This document shows positions 49,994 through 58,947 of a DNA stretch of 64,000 nucleotides, piece after piece (position 1 is the stretch's first letter; each line of letters opens with the position of its first letter). The notes beneath the pieces were generated by a model. That model worked only from the letters and a program-made list of their open reading frames with translations. It was not told the origin of the DNA and ran no database searches. This stretch comes from a virus. The stretch is taken from the IMG/VR virus record IMGVR_UViG_3300032313_001394, positions 32,001 to 96,000 of that record. The stretch is one strand, 5' to 3'. Both the position numbers and the translations under genes were made by a program.

Positions 49994-50232
49994 TATTTAA
50001 TGTAGATATACTGTGACTTATTACGCTTTTCAAATGCTTTATCAGCTTTCCAATTTTGAATCTGCCATTCAGCTAATTCTTTACTTTGAAACGAAGCATA
50101 GTGTTCTACCCAATGTAGTCCAACTCGTTGAGATGGAGTGTAATACGTTTGTGCTTCGGTTTCGTTTACTCTAATTCGATAAGCTGAGCAACTACTTAGT
50201 AGTACTGTTGCTAATATTAGTAATTTTTTCAT
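49993..50232 (-). CDS. Small lipoprotein
   Basis: MKKLLILATVLLSSC lipobox. Confidence 0.75.
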   Translation of the reverse strand: MKKLLILATVLLSSCSAYRIRVNETEAQTYYTPSQRVGLHWVEHYASFQSKELAEWQIQNWKADKAFEKRNKSQYIYIK

Positions 50233-50855
50233 TGTATTCGTTTTACGTGATGATCAAATTCAAATCCTGATTTGATCGGTTGATTATTTATCAATGTTAA
50301 TACTTTACTTAACGATATTGGATCCATTCCGTTACCATCCATCCCTACATCCATCATTTTACCTTTACCAATACGACGATCAGAAGGTAAGTGAACGTGT
50401 CCGTGTAAGTGAATTACACCATCATTCATTTTATTCCATGACATGATTGGATAGTGCATCAATACGAAGTTATGTTGCTTATTAACTTCTAACTCAACGT
50501 ATTGATTAACTGAAGTAAATAATCGTCTAATATCTTCACGATCTCGTTCGATGTGATGATCGTGGTTACCTAATATTAAGTGGATGTTTTTACAATTAAT
50601 ACGATTACGGAATTGTTCAATCATTTCAAACCCACCAAACGACCAATCACCTAAGTGGAACAAGATATCATCTTGACCTACTTCAGCATTAATACCAGCT
50701 ACAATTCGATCATTCATTTGATCTAATGTTTTAAAATCACGAGTAATATCTTCAGCATCAGTCCAACGAGTTGTACCTCTACAAATGTTAGTATGATTGT
50801 AATGAGTATCTGATGTAAAGTATAATCGTTGATTTGGTTCTAATTTTAATCTCAT
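50229..50855 (-). CDS. Calcineurin-like phosphoesterase (phage type)
   Basis: TSDTHYNH, HLGD, GNHD, HYP, HGHVH, DVG.D. Confidence 0.9.
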   Translation of the reverse strand: MRLKLEPNQRLYFTSDTHYNHTNICRGTTRWTDAEDITRDFKTLDQMNDRIVAGINAEVGQDDILFHLGDWSFGGFEMIEQFRNRINCKNIHLILGNHDHHIERDREDIRRLFTSVNQYVELEVNKQHNFVLMHYPIMSWNKMNDGVIHLHGHVHLPSDRRIGKGKMMDVGMDGNGMDPISLSKVLTLINNQPIKSGFEFDHHVKRIQ

Positions 50856-51019
50856 CCTATTTGTATTTTATCGTCTTCATCTAATCCAAATAAATCATCA
50901 CCCTTATAATTTGGATGATTTTTATGCATATAATCAATTCCAATGGCCCAACGCCAAACAATAACAGCACATACTATTAAAACTAATAATACACCCGGAA
51001 TATATTTTACGAATTCCAT
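50852..51019 (-). CDS. 55 aa membrane-anchored protein (not in ORF track)
   Basis: TM helix then IDYMHKNHPNYKGDDLF; ATGA overlap. Confidence 0.7.
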   Translation of the reverse strand: MEFVKYIPGVLLVLIVCAVIVWRWAIGIDYMHKNHPNYKGDDLFGLDEDDKIQIG

Positions 51020-51186
51020 GCTTCGATTGATGTTTTAGTTTTATTCTGTTTTAATTCAGTTAGATTATACTTACGCATGTATTCTTGTTTTTGACGAGAA
51101 TAATACTCATTTAACTCCTTATCAATTGATGATATTACAGTTGTAGGAACTAATTTAATATTGAAAATATCTTTTTTAGCTGTCAT
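51007..51186 (-). CDS. 59 aa hypothetical protein (not in ORF track)
   Basis: MTAKKDIFNIKLVP...; promoter at 51196. Confidence 0.6.
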   Translation of the reverse strand: MTAKKDIFNIKLVPTTVISSIDKELNEYYSRQKQEYMRKYNLTELKQNKTKTSIEAWNS

Positions 51187-51213
51187 AACTTTTTATTTAA
51201 TATAATTAAGAAA

Positions 51214-51236
51214 AATAGGGGGCATAGCCCCCTATT
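51214..51236 (-). terminator. Terminator hairpin fused to the promoter
   Basis: AATAGGGGGC-TAT-GCCCCCTATT then TTTCTT. Confidence 0.8.
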
Positions 51237-51237
51237 A

Positions 51238-52029
51238 CTAGTTGGCCAATACATATTCATCTGCTAACTCCCATAATTTGGAATTGAAATCAATATTTTG
51301 AGTAAAATTCTTAATCTTTCTAGCTTTACGTGACTTACCTTTTTCATTTTGATAATGAAACCCACCATTAACTAATTTCTCTTGAACTCGATTCAATACA
51401 GCCCACATTGAATTATTAGCGTCTTCTTGACGTTCAACTAATAATAACATATTTGGATCTAAATTTTTAAAATTATCTCCAAAACGTAATTGAGCTGCTT
51501 TTAAAGCAAACGCTTGAGCCATTTCATCCGATATAGGTGAATCAGCAAACTTATTAATACGACCAACTACATCAGGTAATTTTTCGATCATTGTATTAAT
51601 TAATCCTCTTAACGTTTCGAAATTATAACCCATGTGTCTAATTTTTAACTCACCTAAGTCATGATCCTTAACTACTAATCCATTCGAACATACTAATCTA
51701 AAAATACCAATTTCAAATCTAAATGTAGATGAACCATCATGTGAATTAGTTAATAACACTTCAATATATGAATCTACATTTCCATTCTCATCAGCCATAA
51801 ACACACCTTCGTTTCTAAACTTAACTAAGTGTTTCTTAATTGATGAATTACCTCCCTTACGTGCTTTAACTCCAATTGCCTGAACTGGCTCCCAACCTAA
51901 TTTTCTCATGTCTTCAACGACTTGAATAGTTGGAATGTGAGTGTAATGTTCTGATAAACCTGCTTTATGTTCTGTTGACATAACTGCTGGTGCTAAACTT
52001 GCGATTTGTTCATTTGATAATGTAGTCAT
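51238..52029 (-). CDS. DUF932 family protein
   Basis: YTHIPT, KH.V.F, NSHDGSS, FRLVCSNG, W...NRVQE. Confidence 0.85.
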   Translation of the reverse strand: MTTLSNEQIASLAPAVMSTEHKAGLSEHYTHIPTIQVVEDMRKLGWEPVQAIGVKARKGGNSSIKKHLVKFRNEGVFMADENGNVDSYIEVLLTNSHDGSSTFRFEIGIFRLVCSNGLVVKDHDLGELKIRHMGYNFETLRGLINTMIEKLPDVVGRINKFADSPISDEMAQAFALKAAQLRFGDNFKNLDPNMLLLVERQEDANNSMWAVLNRVQEKLVNGGFHYQNEKGKSRKARKIKNFTQNIDFNSKLWELADEYVLAN

Positions 52030-52095
52030 AATATTTGATTTATTTGTTTAATTTATTTATTACGTATTAAATATAATAAGGAAAGTCCTTTATTA

Positions 52096-52314
52096 CTAAT
52101 ACTTATAATTAACTTCTTCAGTCATATCTTCATCTCTTATTGGTTCAATTGGTTTTGAATAAGTATAAGGCACAATTGTATAACCCATAGTTTCAAGCAT
52201 TAATTTTAAATTTGCTACTTTCGGGTATGCCATTTTTTCTAATTCAGAGCCGATACCTTTAAGTAAAAGCATCTCTTTATAATCGCGGGGTGTTTTTTTG
52301 TTTGTACTCTCCAT
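52096..52314 (-). CDS. Hypothetical protein
   Basis: ORF track; promoter at 52352. Confidence 0.7.
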   Translation of the reverse strand: MESTNKKTPRDYKEMLLLKGIGSELEKMAYPKVANLKLMLETMGYTIVPYTYSKPIEPIRDEDMTEEVNYKY

Positions 52315-52371
52315 TCTGTTTGTTTTTTAAATTGAAAATTTATTTTATAAGGTAAATATAATTAAGAAAAT

Positions 52372-52995
52372 TTAAATCGATCTATATGCTTGTCTAATTC
52401 GTTTTTGAACTAGCTCTTTATAACCATCAGCAGCGGCTATAAATTCACCTCGTGATGCATTCCATAACTCTAATTCTGCTTTACGACGACGTACTAATCC
52501 TTTACGAACACGTCCACCTGCTAATTTATACTGTAGTAGGTATGGTTTGATATTTTTACCACGTTTAATTGCTCTACCTAAACCATCAGTGCTGAAACGC
52601 ATTCCGATGTTATAGGCAATCATTGATGTTAATATAATCTTTTTATATGATTTAACTTCAGGAAAACGACGTTTAACGTCTTTAATGAATTTTTGATAAT
52701 CTTTATCAAATAGGCGATCTGCTTCCTCTAATGTAATACCATGTCTATATTTACGACGTTCGGTTTTAGTCATAACATGGCCCCATCCAATTGTCCATTT
52801 ACCACCTGGGCATTTATATGGTTTTAATTTTAATGACTCTTCTGACTTAATGAATAATGTAGCTGTATTGTAGAGTTTATCTTCGGTAGGTTCAGCTACT
52901 GTAATGTGTTTTGGTTCTTGTGGTGGTTTGTCTTGTTTATTATTATAACCTATCCACAATGCGGCTAGCATAGCTGTTATGACTATTTTCTTCAT
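52372..52995 (-). CDS. GH24 lysozyme with N-terminal signal/SAR-like segment
   Basis: E-x8-C-x5-T (ESLKLKPYKCPGGKWTIGWGH), AYNIG, GLVRRRKAE. Confidence 0.85.
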   Translation of the reverse strand: MKKIVITAMLAALWIGYNNKQDKPPQEPKHITVAEPTEDKLYNTATLFIKSEESLKLKPYKCPGGKWTIGWGHVMTKTERRKYRHGITLEEADRLFDKDYQKFIKDVKRRFPEVKSYKKIILTSMIAYNIGMRFSTDGLGRAIKRGKNIKPYLLQYKLAGGRVRKGLVRRRKAELELWNASRGEFIAAADGYKELVQKRIRQAYRSI

Positions 52996-53045
52996 AAGTA
53001 ATGTTGGTTAAATTGTTAAACTTATAATTTAAAGTTAATTAAGAA

Positions 53046-53065
53046 AGCCTTAGTTTCCTAAGGCT
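53046..53065 (-). terminator. Terminator hairpin fused to the promoter
   Basis: AGCCTTAG-GAAA-CTAAGGCT then TTCTT. Confidence 0.75.
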
Positions 53066-53129
53066 CGTCATCAAATTCAGGGAATGGATAAAAACCATTT
53101 AAAACCGCTTCAATATAAATTTCATCCAT
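53058..53129 (-). CDS. 23 aa acidic micropeptide (not in ORF track)
   Basis: MDEIYIEAVLNGFYPFPEFDDEP, between promoter 53151 and terminator 53046. Confidence 0.55.
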   Translation of the reverse strand: MDEIYIEAVLNGFYPFPEFDDEP

Positions 53130-53171
53130 CGTCTTAATTTTTAGTACGATGTAAATATAATTGAGAAATTT

Positions 53172-53900
53172 TTAAAATCCGAATGTTTTTATTTTATTAT
53201 CCTTATCGATTAAGATTGCGGTCTTCGACTCTACCCAATCTCCTGAATTAATATAATGTGTGTTTTTAATTAATTTATTGTCTGGGGTATGGATGTGACC
53301 AACAATAACTCCATCATAACCGTATTGTTTAGCTATTTTAACAGCGTTTTCTTCAAAATCACCTATAAATGAAACCGCTTGTTTTACTTTAGCTTTAATT
53401 TGTTTACTAATTGAGTAATAAGGTAAACCACGCCATAACCTATATCTATTATACCATGTATTTAATGTGAGCGCTATATCATAACCAATCGATCCAATTT
53501 TAGCTATCCACGTCCATTTTGAACTGAATAAATCTAATATATCACCATGAAATACAAGGTATTTTCTACTGGTTACTTGGCCACCTATTGTTAATATATA
53601 GTTTTCACATATAGTGATATTATTCATTTTAATATGAAAGTAATCTTTTAAGAAATCATCATGATTACCTCTAATCAATACTATATTAGTTTTTTTAGAT
53701 AATTCTAATAATTTTAATACAACCTTGCTATGTTGTTTCTTCCATTTAGAACCACGTTCCAAAGCCCATCCATCGATGATATCTCCATTTAGTATTAATT
53801 GGTCAGTTGGGTGTTCATCTAAGAATTTAATGAATTCTTTAGTCTGACTATCTTTAGTTCCTAAATGAATATCAGATACTATAATTGTTTTATACTTCAT
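53172..53900 (-). CDS. UDP-2,3-diacylglucosamine hydrolase-like (LpxH-like) metallophosphoesterase
   Basis: SDIHLG, GDIIDGW, GNHD, HGD, GHIH, YINSGDWVES. Confidence 0.8.
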   Translation of the reverse strand: MKYKTIIVSDIHLGTKDSQTKEFIKFLDEHPTDQLILNGDIIDGWALERGSKWKKQHSKVVLKLLELSKKTNIVLIRGNHDDFLKDYFHIKMNNITICENYILTIGGQVTSRKYLVFHGDILDLFSSKWTWIAKIGSIGYDIALTLNTWYNRYRLWRGLPYYSISKQIKAKVKQAVSFIGDFEENAVKIAKQYGYDGVIVGHIHTPDNKLIKNTHYINSGDWVESKTAILIDKDNKIKTFGF

Positions 53901-54789
53901 TTTTATCGAATAATTTATAATCAATATATTCTACTATTATTTTGGCAATGTCGACCCCACAATATTTTTCAAAACCTTTAAATCCAGGTGCACTATTTGC
54001 TTCACATACTACAAACTTATCATTATCAAATAATAAATCAATCCCCGCTATATGTAAATTTAATATTCTTGCTGTTTCTCTTGCTATGAAATCAATTTCA
54101 GATGTTATGTTAAATTTTTCACCTGTTCCTCCATTTGAAATATTTGCTCTAAAATCACCTTTAGGTCCAATTCTTTTCATAGCACCAATTACTTTACCTC
54201 CTATTACTAAAACTCGAAGGTCTTCTCCTGGGTTTGATCCCATATATTCTTGAAGTAATAATGTTTTTGATATCCCTACGTTATGGACAAACTCCATAAG
54301 TTTATTAAAATCTCTCCGCTTTTCACATAAGTAAACTCCAACACCCTGAGTGCCTGTAATTACTTTAACAACACATGGGAATCCTATTCTATCTTTTACA
54401 ATTGTTGAATCAACAGGATGTTTTACCATCATTGTATTAGGTATTGATATATTATGTTGTGATAGTATTTGAGAAGTTTTTAATTTGTCTGAAGCTGTTT
54501 CTACAGCATCGGCTTCATTTATACATATGACTCCAGCTTTATCTAATTGCCTTAACACAGCTAACATGAAATTATTTGTTTCGGCACCTGTTCTAACTAA
54601 TACAACTTTAGGCAATTCAACTAATTGCCCATTATATAAAATACTATTTTTAATATTTTTATTTACAATGATATCAAAACTACTTGGTTCAACTACTTTA
54701 GAAGTAATGTTTTTCTTAGTAAAAGTTTCTATTAATCTTTTATTCTCATAATCTACTTCACTATTTCGAGAAAAAATCCAAACATCCAT
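53890..54789 (-). CDS. RimK-family ATP-grasp ligase
   Basis: DKL, FPCVVK..GTQG.GV, QEY, DLRV, FRAN, GIDLL, EANSAPG. Confidence 0.9.
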   Translation of the reverse strand: MDVWIFSRNSEVDYENKRLIETFTKKNITSKVVEPSSFDIIVNKNIKNSILYNGQLVELPKVVLVRTGAETNNFMLAVLRQLDKAGVICINEADAVETASDKLKTSQILSQHNISIPNTMMVKHPVDSTIVKDRIGFPCVVKVITGTQGVGVYLCEKRRDFNKLMEFVHNVGISKTLLLQEYMGSNPGEDLRVLVIGGKVIGAMKRIGPKGDFRANISNGGTGEKFNITSEIDFIARETARILNLHIAGIDLLFDNDKFVVCEANSAPGFKGFEKYCGVDIAKIIVEYIDYKLFDKNEV

Positions 54790-54796
54790 ATGAGTT

Positions 54797-55084
54797 TTAT
54801 TTTTTAAATAATTTATTCCAAATTTTATTACGCGGATTACCAAATTGCATACCCAAATATTTTCCTAATACAGAGCCAATTACATAAAATATCACAATAG
54901 TAAATCTACCATTTAATAAATCATCAATTGCATAATAAGTAGAGGCCAATGCAATTAAATTTATCCAAACTGAATTCAATAATAATGCTCCTATTTTATT
55001 TTGGTATGTATATTTTATTTCCAATACTTTAAGAATATTATATATCGTTTGTGCAAATAATACAATTACTTCTTTATACATCAT
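54797..55084 (-). CDS. Small three-TM protein (DUF5698-like)
   Basis: Hydrophobic helices; Y..GS.LG.YLG. Confidence 0.6.
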   Translation of the reverse strand: MMYKEVIVLFAQTIYNILKVLEIKYTYQNKIGALLLNSVWINLIALASTYYAIDDLLNGRFTIVIFYVIGSVLGKYLGMQFGNPRNKIWNKLFKK

Positions 55085-56069
55085 ATAATACGTGTTCTAT
55101 TGCTTGTAGTACTTCTTCGTCTGTTGATATTTTAAAATAATTCTGAATACCTGATTCAAATGTTTTATATAGGAAATGTTCTAAATATACTGGAGCTAAT
55201 GTACCTTTATAACCATTAGGAAATCTACTTGCTGCAGTTGCATTACATTCCTGTTCGTATTGTCCTTTAATTGGTATTGTTAATACAGGTTTATTTAAGT
55301 ATAATGCTTCAGCTACTGTTTCAAATCCACCACCTGTAATTACTCCCCTACACTGCAGTAAAGCATACATAAATTCGGATTGATTAACTGATCTAAATTT
55401 AACATTTGAGTTATTCCAGCCTGGTTTATCTATTTGAGATGAGAATATCACAAATTTAAAATCCTTATATTTACTAAATACATTAACTAAGTCTTCTACT
55501 TTATATGCTGATAAGTAAACTAATATATAATCTTTACGTTCAGCTTTATCTTTATTATCACGTATAACACTCCTAATATGAGGTGATAATATAAAGTCAT
55601 CATACTTATTAAAATGGAATCCAATATTATACTTACACGGAGCATAATTCTTTAATACCCATTCAGCCATATGATCTATTTCATATGACCGTGGAGTATT
55701 TTTAGACAGGAATGCAGCGTGATGAGATAATGATAACGACTTAACAACTCGTAGTTTAGCAGCATATGCTGATATTGGTTCAAAATCAGATATAACTAAG
55801 TCATATTGTTCAACAGATAATGAACATACATCTTTGATGAATTGAAATATATTTAGTTGTCTGAATGTTTTCCAATAATCTAATTTACCATTACTATAAG
55901 CAAATGTAAATCCTTTAAAACGATATTTAATTTTTTGTCCAATATCGATTGGATTCATTTCACCTGATACCATTATATCAACTTCATGGTGTTGTAATAA
56001 AGGTAATATTGACATCGCTCGCGATGCATGTCCATAACCGGTGCCGTTGAAGGCATATAATATTTTCAT
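55074..56069 (-). CDS. GT-B glycosyltransferase (MJ1255/VC2487-like)
   Basis: GTGYGHASRA, DLVISDFEP, GGF...EAL, P..GQYEQ..NA. Confidence 0.85.
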   Translation of the reverse strand: MKILYAFNGTGYGHASRAMSILPLLQHHEVDIMVSGEMNPIDIGQKIKYRFKGFTFAYSNGKLDYWKTFRQLNIFQFIKDVCSLSVEQYDLVISDFEPISAYAAKLRVVKSLSLSHHAAFLSKNTPRSYEIDHMAEWVLKNYAPCKYNIGFHFNKYDDFILSPHIRSVIRDNKDKAERKDYILVYLSAYKVEDLVNVFSKYKDFKFVIFSSQIDKPGWNNSNVKFRSVNQSEFMYALLQCRGVITGGGFETVAEALYLNKPVLTIPIKGQYEQECNATAASRFPNGYKGTLAPVYLEHFLYKTFESGIQNYFKISTDEEVLQAIEHVLYDV

Positions 56070-56164
56070 TAGCGTTTTTTAGTAATTTGATCTACTATTA
56101 AAGCAATAACTGCTAAACTTACTACTACAGCAAATGAAATAATCCAAGGGAAAATTGTGCTCAT
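56069..56164 (-). CDS. 31 aa single-TM peptide (not in ORF track)
   Basis: MSTIFPWIISFAVVVSLAVIALIVDQITKKR; TAATG coupled to the GT gene. Confidence 0.6.
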   Translation of the reverse strand: MSTIFPWIISFAVVVSLAVIALIVDQITKKR

Positions 56165-56168
56165 AACT

Positions 56169-56705
56169 TTATTCTTTTAGTTTATATATTTCGTCTAAAC
56201 AACGTCCTTGTTCATCGTAGTCTAATCCAAAACCAATAATAAATTCATCATCGGTTAATTCCATTCCTACGTAATCAACAACCACATTAGTCTTGTAATT
56301 CTTGGGGCGTGTAAATAAAGAACATATTTTAACGCTGTTAACTTGCTTCTCATTAATTAGATAGTCTTTTAATTCAACCATTGTTAAGCCTGTCTCAACA
56401 ATGTCCTCGACTATAATTATATTACGTTTATAGAGGTCGCGGGATATTCCAAGAACTTGTTTTACAGTACCTATTGATTCAGTACCATCATATGATGATA
56501 ATCTAACGAATTCTAATTCGGGGCTTAATGGATATAATTGTTCAGCTAAATGTGCTCCAAATATACCTGCTCCTTTTAATACTATAACTAATACCGGATT
56601 ATAATTTTGGTCATGTATTATTTCCATTGCTAATGCCTTAATCATAGCATTTAGCTTTTGTTTAGGTATTAGTGGTTCGAAATGTTTATCTTTTATCTTT
56701 AGCAT
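56169..56705 (-). CDS. hpt: Hypoxanthine phosphoribosyltransferase
   Basis: VLKGA, LSSY.G, IIVEDIVETGLT, FIIGFGLDY. Confidence 0.9.
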   Translation of the reverse strand: MLKIKDKHFEPLIPKQKLNAMIKALAMEIIHDQNYNPVLVIVLKGAGIFGAHLAEQLYPLSPELEFVRLSSYDGTESIGTVKQVLGISRDLYKRNIIIVEDIVETGLTMVELKDYLINEKQVNSVKICSLFTRPKNYKTNVVVDYVGMELTDDEFIIGFGLDYDEQGRCLDEIYKLKE

Positions 56706-56862
56706 GTTCTTTTTTTAAATCCTCAGCTATCTGCTTAATAATATCATCAGGCGTCATCATTAACAGAGTATTTAATTTATATTTTCCTCTATATCTGTCG
56801 TATGAAGTAAGTACTTCACGAATTAGGCTCTCTGTTATTGGAGTTTGGATATCGTTCTGCAT
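56686..56862 (-). CDS. 58 aa hypothetical protein (not in ORF track)
   Basis: MQNDIQTPITESLIREVL...KDKR fills the gap between neighbours. Confidence 0.55.
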   Translation of the reverse strand: MQNDIQTPITESLIREVLTSYDRYRGKYKLNTLLMMTPDDIIKQIAEDLKKEHAKDKR

Positions 56863-57031
56863 AACTTATTGTATGATGTGTTGTTTTTATTTTATGCCCC
56901 ATATTATATGGGTTGTAGTTTATTTCTAATGTCAATGTAGATAATGTATCATCCTCACACTGCTCATATAGATCAGCAAGTGCTTTAATTAACATTTGAC
57001 GTTGTGCCGATTTTATTTCTTGAGCATTCAT
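56816..57031 (-). CDS. Hypothetical protein
   Basis: ORF track. Confidence 0.65.
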   Translation of the reverse strand: MNAQEIKSAQRQMLIKALADLYEQCEDDTLSTLTLEINYNPYNMGHKIKTTHHTISYAERYPNSNNREPNS

Positions 57032-57033
57032 GA

Positions 57034-57294
57034 TTAATCTACAAAGTCGCTTACATTTTCATCAGCGAATAGATCTTCTGGAAATTCCTCATAATCATCA
57101 TCTTCATCTAATAAATCTTCGTCAGCCCAAATTATTTCCCATTTATCACCCTCTAATTCATTTAATGGATCAATAATTTCTTCTAATCCATAATATTCTA
57201 AATCCTCCTCATATGTTTCGTTATAAGCGATGTTATCAATATCAATATTGAGTGGTGTTTTAGGATCGCGTGGTTTATAAGTCTGTGATTGCAT
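57034..57294 (-). CDS. Very acidic small protein
   Basis: ADEDLLDEDDDYEEFPED. Confidence 0.7.
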   Translation of the reverse strand: MQSQTYKPRDPKTPLNIDIDNIAYNETYEEDLEYYGLEEIIDPLNELEGDKWEIIWADEDLLDEDDDYEEFPEDLFADENVSDFVD

Positions 57295-57649
57295 CTACAA
57301 TTGATTTTTTAAGTTTTTTACGAGTAAATTTAATTGTTGGTACTAATTCCTTTAATTTAATAATCTTAGCACAATATTCATACTCTTCTGCTTCTTCTAA
57401 TGTTGGTAAACAACCATCTAAATTCTCTAAATAATCAGTATCATCCATTGCTAATGATGTAGCCATATTCATACCTCCTATTGTTGGTGATAATATAATA
57501 CAAGCAATAACATATTTTATCTTATGATTACAAGCAAATTCGACCGCTTTAACAGTTTGCTTAGCAATCTCTAACCTGTATTCAGGTCCGGGTGTGCCAA
57601 ACTTACCTCCTTTAATTATAAGCGGCTCGAATTCATCTTGTTCTTTCAT
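57275..57649 (-). CDS. Protein with UVR-like E.YE.CA.I motif
   Basis: EEAEEYEYCAKIIKLKE. Confidence 0.7.
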   Translation of the reverse strand: MKEQDEFEPLIIKGGKFGTPGPEYRLEIAKQTVKAVEFACNHKIKYVIACIILSPTIGGMNMATSLAMDDTDYLENLDGCLPTLEEAEEYEYCAKIIKLKELVPTIKFTRKKLKKSIVDAITDL

Positions 57650-57654
57650 TACTA

Positions 57655-57664
57655 ATAAATATTA
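57655..57664 (-). promoter_or_regulatory. Class-B promoter overlapping a stop codon
   Basis: TAATATTTAT. Confidence 0.55.
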
Positions 57665-57871
57665 TGCTTCAATCACGGAAACAATAGTTGATTTAGATGC
57701 TGATTTAATTTCAAAATCATTCTCACCACGTTCAGCTAAATATTCTGTAATACGTGCTTCAGCTTCTGTAACTGACATTGCATCAACTAAATAATTTTCC
57801 GTTTGTTTTTTAATTTTACCTTTTGCGTCTTCTACTTCGAAAACAGCTTTTACTGTGAAATACTGAGCCAT
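57662..57871 (-). CDS. DUF4494-like protein
   Basis: GKIKKQTENYLVDAMSVTEAEARI. Confidence 0.75.
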   Translation of the reverse strand: MAQYFTVKAVFEVEDAKGKIKKQTENYLVDAMSVTEAEARITEYLAERGENDFEIKSASKSTIVSVIEA

Positions 57872-57911
57872 ATTTATTTTGTTTTATTTTAATTAATATA
57901 AGTAAGAAATT

Positions 57912-58550
57912 TTACAATTTAGCAATTAAACTATCTTCATCTGCTTCTTCATCCCACAGTCCTAATGATTTCATATTTGCAATTTGTTTATCATCTAATT
58001 GCCAGTCAAAGTCTTTACTTTTAACTTCTTGATTTGATTCAACTGAGCGTATTTGAGAATTAGTAAGCACATCACCTACATATAAGAAATAGCAATTATA
58101 ACATAACAATTGTAAATTTTCTAATCTATAATCTGATTTATTATTATTTCTGAAGTTAAGTAATAAAGGTACTTTATAATCAATTACACGACGTTCTGAA
58201 AAATCACATTTGTCACAACATTCTCTTAAGAATCCTTCATTAATAGCTCTGATTTTGATTTTCTCAGGCGTAAAACTCTGCCAACCATCTCCACCTTCGA
58301 GAATATGCTTGACGGTAGGGTCCTTCTTAGTTTGAGGTAAAAACTTAGGGATGCCTTTTCCCACTTGGTTATAATGTACTTCAAACAAAGTCGGAGAATT
58401 AGGATTGTTATCATCTATCCTATATAATTTAAAATATGGTTTAACATGTTGATAACTACACCCCAAGTAATTAGCGGCAGCACGAATTGATTTTGTATAC
58501 TGCATCGCCCGCAATAAATCTTGCTTAGTAAGCGGTTTTGCACTCGGCAT
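57912..58550 (-). CDS. HTH plus degenerate HNH-like Zn-binding protein
   Basis: SIRAAANYLGCSY; CDKC...RLENLQLLCYNC, lacking the His residues. Confidence 0.7.
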   Translation of the reverse strand: MPSAKPLTKQDLLRAMQYTKSIRAAANYLGCSYQHVKPYFKLYRIDDNNPNSPTLFEVHYNQVGKGIPKFLPQTKKDPTVKHILEGGDGWQSFTPEKIKIRAINEGFLRECCDKCDFSERRVIDYKVPLLLNFRNNNKSDYRLENLQLLCYNCYFLYVGDVLTNSQIRSVESNQEVKSKDFDWQLDDKQIANMKSLGLWDEEADEDSLIAKL

Positions 58551-58551
58551 A

Positions 58552-58947
58552 TTATAACAATTTTTTCACTGCTTGCCACAACTGTTCTGGATTCGATATT
58601 TCACGTTCAGTCCCATGTTCGTCAATGTAAGGAATAGAACCATCCATTTCAATACGATCATAGCAATAGTGGATAATTAATTCGGCTGCTTTAGTACCGA
58701 ATGATAAATAAATTAAGTTATCAATAATTTGTAAATATAACTCATCATAATCAGTCAAATCAATTTTAAAGTCTGAATGTACTAATGTAGAACGATTGAT
58801 TACTAATTCAATTTGAGTAATAATGTTGATAAATAATTCATGTTTGATATCTTCATTATTTTTCTTACGGCGTACTATTTTAGTGTTAGTACCAATAAGG
58901 CCATTAATTTGGTTTTGAATTCCCTCAATCTCTTTATCTACGTTCAT
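58552..58947 (-). CDS. Hypothetical protein
   Basis: ORF track. Confidence 0.75.
   Translation of the reverse strand: MNVDKEIEGIQNQINGLIGTNTKIVRRKKNNEDIKHELFINIITQIELVINRSTLVHSDFKIDLTDYDELYLQIIDNLIYLSFGTKAAELIIHYCYDRIEMDGSIPYIDEHGTEREISNPEQLWQAVKKLL

Larger units (their letters stand above)
38101..53168 (-). repeat. Dispersed array of 25 class-A promoter copies (consensus TTTCYTWATTATMTTTAA)
   Basis: 18-mers starting (+ strand) at 38101, 38410, 38682, 38901, 39287, 39516, 39763, 40287, 41730, 42086, 42775, 43332, 43772, 44375, 44879, 45682, 46022, 47737, 48396, 48824, 51196, 52067, 52352, 53029, 53151. Confidence 0.85.

Noticed and set aside
38101-53168. Repeated 18-mers as a possible CRISPR or integron-like array
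   Set aside because: Copies are degenerate, non-palindromic and separated by whole genes; no cas cluster or integrase in the window
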